DNA of 63,078 bases, filler included, from Reclinomonas americana ATCC 50394 (taxonomy: Eukaryota), in assembly GCA_048213135.1 (NCBI GenBank). It is 18 parts of 18 records of this genome, joined end to end, with 100 filler letters (N's around TTAATTAATTAA, not from the genome) between each part and the next. Parts side by side here need not be neighbours in the genome. Positions count along the whole stretch, not along the records: positions 50,731 to 56,766 come from AFZH01021196.1; positions 56,867 to 58,574 come from AFZH01021197.1; positions 58,675 to 63,078 come from AFZH01021199.1; 15 more parts are not named here. One strand, 5' to 3'. The translations under genes and the position numbers were made by a program. The notes under the pieces were generated by a model. The model did not search any database. It saw only the letters and a list, made by a program, of their open reading frames with translations, and had not been told where the DNA came from. Shown piece after piece: positions 53,431 through 63,078 of this stretch. Every line of letters begins with the position of its first letter. The first letter of the stretch is position 1.

Positions 53431-56400
53431 ATGGCCAACTCACTGTCGGCACTGCTCATCACCAACGCGCGCGGAGGTCAGTCAGTCAGTCAGTCACAAC
53501 ACTCTCTCACACACTCTTTACTTACAATTGTGTTATAGACTTGCTGGTCTCGCGCTCATTCCGCGACGATGTCTCCACGTGCGTTGCTTACATAAGAGAC
53601 AAAGAGAGAGAGAGAGTGTGTGTGTGTGTGTGTTTGCAAGTGCGTCATTGCGCTTCATCTTCGTTTTGTGCACGCGCGCGCACACTCTTTCTCTCTCATG
53701 CACTGTCACTGTCAGTGTGTGTGTGTGCGTGTGTGTGTGTTGTTGCGCTGCACTGATGCAGCGTGTGCCGCGTGTGCATTGTGTTTTGTGAGCTCATGAT
53801 TGCGCAACTGATGCAATGCGCTCTCTGTGTGTGAGAGAGAGATGCACATGCACACGCGCACACGTGTCTGTCTCACTGTTGCACTCTCTTGCTCTCTCTG
53901 TGCGTGTGTGTCTCTCTCGTGTGTGCGTGACATTGCGCACTTTTCGTCTCTCACTCTCACTGTCTTTGTTTGTGTGTTTGTTTGTGTTTAGGCGCACTGT
54001 TGCAGAGGCGTTCCGCACGCAGATTGTCGGCAACAAGCTTGTGGATCGGTGCCCTGTGCGCTCTGTGGGCACAGTGTCGTTCATCTTCATTCGGTGAGTG
54101 TGTGTGATGAGTCATGCGAGGATTCGGGGGAGAGGCGAGAGAGGGGAAGGCAAGAGAGAGGGAGAAAGGAGAGAGAGAGAGGCGTGAGAAGAATGCGGAT
54201 TTCGTTGACACTTGGCAGTCGTATTTTGCATGTTCGTATCTCTCTTTGTGCTTTCTTTCTTCTTCTTCTTCTTTTTCTCTGTCGTCCTTGCGCTGTGTTT
54301 TGTGTGCGTGCTTGTGTACAAGCCGTGATCCTCTCATTCTGCATGGCAACTCGACCGTTGTCATGTTCGCCTCATGACACATGGCGGTCGGAAATGCATG
54401 TTCTTTTCGTCTTTCTCGCGCTTGCTCATGGCGGTGTTCTCTTGGTTGTTGGCTTGCCTGTGTGCACAAGCCGCAATCCTCATTCTGCATGGCGGCTGTA
54501 CCGTTGTCATATTTAAATCGTGACACATGGCAGCCGGAAATGCATGTTCGTTTCGTCTTTCTCGCGCTTGCTGTGGCGGTGTGCTCTCGGTTGTTGGCTT
54601 GCCTTTGTATGCATGTCGTGGTTCCCTCATTCTGCATGGCGACTGTGCCGTTGTAACGTCTGCTTCGTGACACATGGCAGCAGGAAATGCGTGCTCGTAT
54701 CTCTCTGCTTTCTCTCTTCTACTCCTTCGTTTTCTGTTGTGGCGGCGTGCTGTACTAGTGGATTGGCTTGTGTACAAGCCGCACTCCTCATTCTGCATGG
54801 CGGCTGTACCGTTGTCATATTTAAATCGTGACACATGGCAGCCGGAAATGCATGTTCGTTTCGTCTTTCTCGCACTTGCTGTGGCGGTGTGCTCTCCTTT
54901 GTGGTATGGAAGCAGTGGTTCCCTCATTCTGCATGGCGACTGTGCCGATGTCATGTTCGCCTCATGACACATGGCAGCCGGAAATCTGTGTTCGTTTCTT
55001 CTTCTCTCTGTCATGCTTTCGCGGTTTGCTCTTGGTTGATGTCTTGCCTGTGTGCATTGGCTGCGATCACTTCGTTCTGCATGGCGGCAGTACCGTTGCC
55101 ATATTTATATCATGACACATGGCAGCCGGAATTGTGTGTTCGTTTCGTCTTTCTCGCACTTGCTGTGGCGGTGTGTTTCTCGCGTGTTGGCTAGCAAGCC
55201 GTGATCTCTTCATTTCTTCGTGGTGACTGCATTGTCATGTCTGTCTCATGACACATGGCGGTCGTATTTGCGTGTTTGTTTCTCCCCCTTAGTGGTGTGT
55301 TGTCTCCTGGCGCTTCGTCACATAACATGTGACAGTCGGAATCGCTCTCTTTCCATCTTTTTGCCGTCCAACCCTTTTTTCATCCTCCACTGGGTGTTCG
55401 GTGTCGACACATGTCACCATCAATTCCTGTATTCTCGCAGCCGTTGCTTATAATTGTGCTCCACCTGCAGCCACGACAACGTGTACGTGGTGGGCGTGTC
55501 GCGCCAGAATGTCAACTGCGCCACAGTGCTAGAGATTTTGCATCGGAGTTGCGTGCGCACGCTGCTCGTGTCGCCTCCCGCGCACGCTGCTGGCTTGCTC
55601 ATCATCATTGTCTTCTGGATTGCAGCTGTCAAAATCTTCCGCGCATACTTTGAGAACGTCTTCAACGAGCAGATCGCCAAGGACAACTTTATCCTGTTGT
55701 ACGAGTTGCGTTTCACCCATCTCCGCAAGCATCATTCCCATTCTCACTCGCCCCCATAGGCTGCTCGACGAGATTCTCGACTTTGGCTTCCCGCAAAACA
55801 CCGAGGTCGACAACCTCAAGCAGTTCATCTCGCAGGAGGGCCGCACCATCGACATCCGCACCGCGCAGCAGGTGACGATCGATGCCACTGGTGTCGTGTC
55901 GTGGCGCCCGCAGGGACTGGTCTACAAGAAGAACGAGGTGTACATTGATGTGTGGGAGGAGGTCAACGTGCTGATGTCCACCAAGGGTGAGTTTGGGGGG
56001 AAGGGGACAAGGGAGGAGGAAAAGGAGAAGGGGGAGCGAAGAATGTCTTCGGTTTGTTGCTTTGTGGGTTGGCTAGTGCGTGAGAGAGAGAGAGAAGGAG
56101 AGACTGAAGGAGAGGGAGAGAGACGAGAGAGAGAGAGAGAGTGTGTGTGTGTGTGCGAGAAAGAGGAGGGGGTGGGAGAGGGAGAGAAATATCTTCGGTT
56201 TGTCGCTGTGCGTGTGAGAGAGAGACAAGGAAAGAGAAAGAGAGAAATGTCATGCAAAGGTGAGAGGATGAAGAGAAATATCTTTGATGTGTCGCGAATG
56301 AGACTGCTGATGTGCACTGTGTGAGTGGGAGAAACAAAATGAGAATGAAAAAGTGCGTGTGAGCGAGTATGAGAGATATTTTCAGCGGGCGAGGACGAAG

Positions 56401-56766
56401 AGAACTGTATCGACGTGAGATTACTGGCGTTTGTGTAATAGATGCATGCAGTGAGAGACGAGGCGAGAGAATGAGCTTGTGATGGGTAGAGAGAGTTTGT
56501 CATTGCTGCGGAGGTGTTTGATTTGTCGTGAGAGAGAGAGAGAGAGAGAGCGTGAGTATTTGCGTGTGTGTGTGTGTGTGTTGGAGTGGTGTGGAGAGAG
56601 GGTGAGAAAGCGGGGGAGCGCACGAGAGACAATAGAGAGAGAATTGTTTGAGAACGGATAAGGTGCAACATTGACGAAGGACAGCGAGGCTGCTCGTTCG
56701 TGTTCTCGACTGCTCATGTGGCTTCTCGTGTGGCACAGGCGACCCGCTGACCGCCGATGTGACGGG
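53431..56766 (+). CDS. AP2M1: AP-2 clathrin adaptor complex mu subunit (3' half in gap)
   Basis: SALLITNARGDLLVSRSFRDDV, AEAFRTQI, RQNVNCATVLE, NFILLYELLDEILDFGFPQN, TGVVSWRPQGLVYKKNEVYIDVWEEVNVLMS. Confidence 0.88.
54206..55290. repeat. Intronic tandem array of about 8 units (136-169 bp) with hairpin core
   Basis: Core TGACAC(A/T)TGGC at 54206, 54375, 54521, 54668, 54829, 54965, 55113 and 55249. Confidence 0.9.
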
Positions 56767-56867
56767 NNNNNNNNNNNNNNNNNNNNNNNNNNNNNNNNNN
56801 NNNNNNNNNNTTAATTAATTAANNNNNNNNNNNNNNNNNNNNNNNNNNNNNNNNNNNNNNNNNNNNT

Positions 56868-57158
56868 TCGATGCCCGTGCAATTGCTGCACCTGTTCTCC
56901 ACTGGCCAGCGACCATATTCGAACGTGCGGGTCTTCCCCGGCGGACACGAGATGCCGGCCGTCGGGAGTGGGCGCCACGGCGGCCACAAAGAAGCCCGCG
57001 TGATGCATGCAATGCCGGAGGTGACCGCCGGTGACGCACCACACGCGCACTGAGGTGTCCTCGCTGGCGGAGATGACGTGGCGACCGTCAATGGAGAATG
57101 CCACGCAGTGCACCGCGTTGGTGTGCCCGTGGAGGAAGAGAGGTTTGCGTGAAAACAT
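56868..57158 (-). CDS. WD40-repeat protein, 5' fragment
   Basis: LHGHTNAVHCVAFSIDGRHVISASEDTSVRVW; TPDGRHLVSAGED..VRIWSLASGEQVQQLHGH. Confidence 0.85.
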
Positions 57159-58674
57159 CGACGTCGATGGGAAAAATGAATGAGATGATTGGCAAAGGTG
57201 TGGAATGAATGCGCGATTGAGTTTCGGTTGTCGGTGTGGTGGCAGAGAAGCAAGAAGAGGTGAATTGAGAAGGCGTCGCTTGTCCGCTGGTCCTTCGACG
57301 GCAGGACGATCCGAATTTGTCACACACTCAGTGCGCAAAGGTTTGTCGCTTTTCTTCTTCATTGTTTTGCACATTGTGAGTGAGAGGTAGACAAGAAGTG
57401 ATCGGTGATGAGAGAACAAATATCTGAAGGCTGGTACCTCGCTCGCATCTGGGTCTTACTCACCTGGACGAGCACAAAAAGGGGTCCGACCGCATTTGAT
57501 GTCAACCAGACTTGCCTGAGATCACCCATATCACACACAAGAGAAAGAAGAGAGCAAAGGGAATTATGAGGAAGAAAAAGAGGGGAAAAAAGGTGTGCAT
57601 GCGTGGCATCATGTCTCACTTTTTTTCGCTTCTTTTGTCTTGTTGTGTTGCAGGTTGTCGACTGATTGTTGACTGGTGAGTGTGCTGTGTTCATGAGAGC
57701 AGAGTAGTGAGTTGGGTTTCCTCTTTCTCTTTTGTGATTTTTCCTCGATATGATGATTGACATTTGCCTAGTCTGCAATGGGGAGGAAGGGAGAGCTCGT
57801 CTCTTTCTAGTCTTCGCATGTAGAAAACCCGTTGACCCGGCTGATGAGGAAAACTCTTCTTATCTCTTTCTGAGTGGGGATTGCGTGGCATGTATGCTGA
57901 CTGTTTGGTGCTGCAGATGATGCAGGTTTGGTGCGTGGAGAGGTAAGGTGTGTGTTGTTGTCATTGTTGTGAGTCGGATGAATGAAGAATTTGCAAGATG
58001 TGTGATTGGAGAGAAGTAATGGAAGAGGTGCGAGAGGGAGAGATGAACAGATGACGAAGAGATGATGGTCTCCGCGCGAAGGAAGAGCATGAAAAGGGGG
58101 AACGGCACAGCAAGGCCTCATCAAGAAAGAAGAAGAGAAGAAGGCTTCGGCAATTCCTGTAGCCAGGAAAAGCATGAGAACGAGTGAAAGCGGAACGCAT
58201 GCGCCTTGGGAGCGAAGAAGTTGGCCTCGGCAGTTGCCAGTAGCAGCGTTTGAGGGAAGAGCAACAGAAGGAGAGTCGAAGGGCTATGAGAGAAAGAGGA
58301 ACGGACATCCTTTGTGGACCGAAGAAGACCAGAGGGGAGAGCAAAGAAAAGCAAGAGCCTGACCCGCATATCTTGGCTTGTTCCTGCAACTCGTGTGTCA
58401 ATTTGGCAACGAGACCGCAGAAGAATGACTTGTCTGGCGCGTGGTGATCGCCAAGAGAAAGCTGGCAGTCCATTATCTCAAGAGTATCTGCTTCTTTGCT
58501 CTCTTTCCCCTTCCTCCCCCTTGTTTCCCTTGGTTCAACACTGATATTACAATAACAAATTAATCTGCTCGCCANNNNNNNNNNNNNNNNNNNNNNNNNN
58601 NNNNNNNNNNNNNNNNNNTTAATTAATTAANNNNNNNNNNNNNNNNNNNNNNNNNNNNNNNNNNNNNNNNNNNN

Positions 58675-59171
58675 CTATCGCCATCACTCCTGACGGGCTG
58701 CACGTGGTGAGCGGCAGTGCCGACATGACAGTGCGTGTGTGGCTGTTGGCGAGTGGCGAGGAGGTGCGGCGGTTGGAGGGACACACCGGATGGGTGTATT
58801 GTGTCGCCGTCACTCCCGACGGCAAGCACATTGTGAGTGGCGGCGATGACGACACCGTGCGAGTGTGGTCACTCGCTACGGGCGACGAGGTGGACCGGCT
58901 GGAGGGGCACGATGTGTTGGTGTCGTCTGTCGTCGTCAGTCCCGACGGTGAGCACATTGTGAGTGGGAGTCTTGACGAGACCATGCGAGTGTGGTCCACA
59001 CCTGGAAGCATTGCTTGGAGTGAGCTCGATGGGGCGCGCTCGGCGATGCAAGCGGTGCAGCAGATGCAGACGGGGGAGGGTGAGGAACGGTGCTTGCCGG
59101 AGACGGTGCTGCGGTGCTTCATGGTGGAGGAGGCCGAGGTGATTGTGAATCGGGTGAGACGTTGGGGGTGA
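58675..59171 (+). CDS. WD40-repeat protein, 3' fragment (paralog of 59421-60509)
   Basis: LEGHTGWVYCVAVTPDGKHIVSGGDDDTVRVW repeats plus tail ELDGARSAMQAV..CLPETVLRCF. Confidence 0.9.
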
Positions 59172-59420
59172 GAACGTGTCAAGCGGCATGGTGCTTGTTT
59201 CTTCTTTAGCAGCCTGTCGCAACTCGCCTCCTCGTCTTCCCGTTTGTTGGCCTCTTCTATTCTTTTTCCTTTTATCCTCCTTTGTAATGTACTTTGTTTC
59301 CATCCGTCCCCGGTGCTAACGAAGACTCGCCCTTCGGAAGTCTTCAAATGATCGTCGTCCCAACAGTTTGCTCACAAACACACGCTCGCACGCACTCCCT
59401 CTTCCAGTTCTCCTCTCTCC

Positions 59421-60509
59421 ATGTCAGTGGCTCCTCTCTTCCTCTGCAAACACGTGCTTGAAGGCAACGACACCGAGGTTTTAGCCGTCGCCATCACTCC
59501 TGACGGTCAACACATCGTGAGTGGAGGTGGTGACACGCCAGTGTATATGTGGTCTCTGGCAAGTGGTGAGGAAGTGCGGCAGTTGGAAGGACATAGTGGT
59601 GTGGTGTTCTCCGTTGCCGTGACTCCCAACGGGCAACACGTGGTGAGCGGCGGTGATGATGACACCGTGCGAGTGTGGTCCCTCGCGAGTGGCGAGCAAG
59701 TGCGACTGCTGGAGGGACACGCAGGTTGGGTGCAATCTGTTGCCATCACACTCGACGGTGAGCGCGTTGTGAGTGGGAGCTGGGACCGGACTGTGCGAGT
59801 GTGGTCTGTGACGCAAGGCGAGGAAACGGAACGGTTGGAGGGACACACCCAAGCAGTGCATTCCGTCGCCGTCACTCCCGACGGGCTTCATGTTGTCAGT
59901 GGGAGCTGGGACAAGACAGTACGCGTGTGGTCACTGACGAGCGGTGAAGAGGTGCGACGGCTGAAGGGACACACTGAGGGAGTAACCTCAGTCGCCATCA
60001 CTCCCGACGGGCTGCGCGTGGTGAGCAGCAGTGTTGATTGCACTGTGCGTGTGTGGTTGTTGGCAACTGGCGAGGAGGTGTGCCGATTAGAAGGACACAC
60101 GGGAGGGGTGAACTGTGTCACCATCACTCCCGATGGCGAGCACATTGTGAGCGGGGGCGATGACTGCACCGTGCGAGTGTGGTCCCTGGCGAGTGGCGAG
60201 GAGGTGCAGCGTTTAAAAGGGCACAATGGAACGGTGACCTCTGTTGCCGTCAGCCCGGATGGACAGCACATAGTGAGTGGGAGTGAGGACTGCACCGCGC
60301 GTGTGTGGTCCACACCTTGCGGTCTGGCGCGGTTCGAGCTCGACAAGGCGCGCTCGGCGATGCAAGCGGTGCGGGAGATGCAGCACCGGGAGGGTGACGA
60401 GGAAGTGGATTCGCGTTGCTTGCCGGAGATGGTGCTGCGCTGTTTCATTGTGGAGGAGGCCGCTGTGGTGGTGCACCGGTGCCTCGCCGACCCGCGGATG
60501 CACCTGTGA
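59421..60509 (+). CDS. Intronless 7-repeat WD40 protein with C-terminal helical tail
   Basis: Seven 42-aa repeats GH..V.SVAVTPDG.HVVSGS.D.TVRVW; complete 362-aa ORF. Confidence 0.93.
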   Translation: MSVAPLFLCKHVLEGNDTEVLAVAITPDGQHIVSGGGDTPVYMWSLASGEEVRQLEGHSGVVFSVAVTPNGQHVVSGGDDDTVRVWSLASGEQVRLLEGHAGWVQSVAITLDGERVVSGSWDRTVRVWSVTQGEETERLEGHTQAVHSVAVTPDGLHVVSGSWDKTVRVWSLTSGEEVRRLKGHTEGVTSVAITPDGLRVVSSSVDCTVRVWLLATGEEVCRLEGHTGGVNCVTITPDGEHIVSGGDDCTVRVWSLASGEEVQRLKGHNGTVTSVAVSPDGQHIVSGSEDCTARVWSTPCGLARFELDKARSAMQAVREMQHREGDEEVDSRCLPEMVLRCFIVEEAAVVVHRCLADPRMHL

Positions 60510-60618
60510 TGCGAGGCGAAGAGTGCATGGGCAGGGCGTGCGTCGTTGACGGCGAATGAACCTCACGCCCTTCATTCCTACGACAGTTGTTGTTCTGTCG
60601 CCTTTTGCTAGCCCCTCC

Positions 60619-62150
60619 TCACAACTCCTCCTTCCTCCTCTGCTGCTTGTTCTTCTTCGTCTTGTCCTTCTTCTTCTTGCTGCTCGAGACACGTCTGTCG
60701 GACTCATCGAAAGCGCTGCTCTCGGTGTTGTTGTCCACTACGACTTCGGCTGGCGATGCCGGTGGCACCTCCTCCTCTACCACGTCCACTTGCGGCAACA
60801 CACCGGCATCGGTTCGCGGCCGCGGGATCTTTGCACGAGCGGCGTGAGCGCGCAGGAACTTGACGATGGACTTGATACGGCGCTTGCCCTCGTACGTGTG
60901 CGGATAGGACTTTTTGTCGGCCGGATAAAACGCCAGCATCGGCAGCACGTCCCAGTTGAGGTTGACAGTGGGCGGAACCTCGTTTTGCGACACGTCCATC
61001 TGTGCGATCACCAGGTGATCGATGTGTGCCATTTCCTGCGCCAGCTGCTGGTACAGGTCGCGGAACTTGGCGCACCGCGGATGCTCTGTCAGGAATCGGT
61101 GAGCGCCCATCTTGTGATGCAGTTCGTGCATTGTCCGCTCACCCGCCGCATGAAACATCAACAGCACATCCTTGCTGCTGTCCTGCACAATGTCGTGGAA
61201 TGTATCGCCCACCACAATCTCCACATGTCCGTCGAACGGAGTGATTGGCACAGGCGCACTACGCAGCTTCACGCGCATACGACCAGCGGCAAAGTCCTCC
61301 ACAAACGAGCGGAAGGAGTCCGCCGTCAGCGGGGTGTCACCCTTTGGAAACACGAAATGCACGCCATTCTGATAAAGGATCACACGCATTTTGTTAACAC
61401 GCGCCAGAGTGTAGAGGGAATAAATAAAAAGAGTGCACTCCCACCAGTGGATCATCGATGACGATGTTCGGAGTGCTACCGTCCATGCCAAATCGCTGCT
61501 GATGCTCGCCAAACTGGTTGTTGTCGAGGTACACAAAAGCGAGCTTCTTCGAGAACTGCCGCGCCACTGGCGACAGTTGCTCCACCAGCAGCTTGACCGA
61601 CGTCTCCTTTTCTGCAAGCATGCAGCCACGTGTGAATCTTACATCACTTTCTCGCCCTCTCTCACTCTCTCAACGCGCCCTCGCACCTTTGCCATCGACA
61701 AACATGTAGAGCATGGGCGCCTCACGACGCGCATAATCGGCGGCATTGGCGGCCGTCAGTTCGCCAAACGGCGGTGTGATCGCCATGTACACGAAGCGCA
61801 TGAGGTCGTCCTTGTTGGTGGTGTTGCCGCCATACACCAGCGGAGCACCGAGCTCAAAGTCGCGGAATGCCAACACTTCGGGCACCTTTTCCACATCGAA
61901 ACTGGGGCGACAGCGAAAGTCAGGCACAAACAAACAAGAAGAACGAAGCATCATCGCAACTGGTGTGCCACATCACTGTCGGACACTGCGCCGAAGCGGT
62001 GCATGTCGCGGAACTCGGAGGCCACCACATCGAACGTGGCTCTGTCATCGTCGGGGCCGAAGAAGCCGATCAGAGAGACGCCCGGTTGTGCGAGGAACTC
62101 CTTGGCTTGTTTGATGGTCTCGAGCTCGGCGATGGGTGATTCGGATTGTC
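60619..62150 (-). CDS. Protein disulfide isomerase-like ER protein (thioredoxin domains, C-terminal KEEL); 5' exons not visible
   Basis: IVVGDTFHDIVQDSSKDVLLMFHAAEHPRC, VIAQMDVSQNEVP, YEGKRRIKSIVKFL, terminal KEEL. Confidence 0.85.
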
Positions 62151-62791
62151 TGCGGGGAGGGAAAAGGGGAAATTAGGGAAAGGGGCGAAACAGGGAAGGG
62201 GAGGGAAAAGGGAAAGGGAGATAAGGGAAAGGAGGAGGAGGAGGGAGAAAATGAGTGAAGTGAGAAAGGGAGGAAGAGATAGGAGAGAAGGGAGAGAGAG
62301 AGGAGGGAGGGAGAGGGAGAGAACGAGAGAGAAGGGGAGGATGCAGAAGCAAAACAAGATGTAAGCCAAAACACAGAGAGGAAAAGAGAAAGACACAGAG
62401 AAAGTAAAAAACAGTGAAGTTGGCGGGTTGTGGAGATGTAGTGAGGAATGGAAAAGGGGAGCGGAAAATGTAGGGAAAGGAGAGGTGGCAAGAGGCAGTA
62501 AAAGAGATGAAGAAAGAGAGGAATTGAAAAAAAGAGAGCGGGATAGAGATTTTCGAGGTAGAGAGAGAAAACGGAGAGGACGAGAGAGGGAAACAGAGTG
62601 TGGTTCAGTGCCTGGAAATAAACGTTGCGGCAACAATGAGATGGTGAGCAAATGAGAGACTGCGTGACGAGCAGTGAAAGAAAGCAACTACAAGACGAAG
62701 CATTCAGCAGCAATGCAATGGAAATCTAGATGCAGAGAGACGGGTCGAGGGAAAGCGGGAGAGACGGGTTGAGGAAAAGAGGGAGATATCG

Positions 62792-62971
<180 letters not shown>

Positions 62972-63078
62972 GAGAGACGAGAGACGACGACGACGACGAC
63001 GACGTACGACGTACGACGTACGACGTACGACGTACGTACGTACGTACGTACGTACGTACGTACGTACGTACGTACGTA

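Noticed and set aside
52607..54090. ORFs rich in HTHT/CVCV/LSLS
   Set aside because: Translations of intronic or intergenic microsatellites.
54206..55290. CRISPR-like appearance of conserved cores with spacers
   Set aside because: Spacers are homologous to each other and much too long, there are no cas genes, and the array lies in a eukaryotic intron.
57454..57560. TTACTCACCTGGACG resembling a U1 snRNA 5' end
   Set aside because: No U1 stem-loop I/II or Sm site follows; better explained as a minus-strand donor CAG|GTGAGTAAG.

Overview
This is a gene-dense, GC-rich eukaryotic (protist-like) scaffold segment with about 33 genes. Most introns are 55-90 nt GT-AG, and intergenic spacers are often under 100 bp. 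Seventeen artificial 100-nt linkers (N44-TTAATTAATTAA-N44) join the contigs, and several genes run across them. A CFAP77-like gene suggests a flagellated organism. Recognisable genes include a MAP3K-type kinase, an RCC1-repeat protein, HDAC11, a TTC23-like protein, DDB1, MRE11, a ZIP transporter, AP-2 mu, WD40 paralogs and a PDI-like protein. Main highlights: (1) a compact four-gene allantoin-catabolism cluster (ureidoglycolate lyase, alanine-glyoxylate aminotransferase, allantoinase, allantoicase) arranged as two divergent pairs, apparently convergent on the yeast DAL cluster; (2) a frequent second class of 5' splice site, GTT-NN-GT (mostly A|GTTGCGT), which is the usual donor with one extra base and is seen in over 20 traced introns; (3) a spliced dienelactone hydrolase-PH-GFA/CENP-V triple fusion; (4) an intronic array of about 8 hairpin-forming units with a conserved ~22-nt arm in the AP-2 mu gene; (5) intronless WD40 paralogs with a shared C-terminal tail. 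Exon boundaries were traced by eye and family calls come from motif recognition, not database searches.
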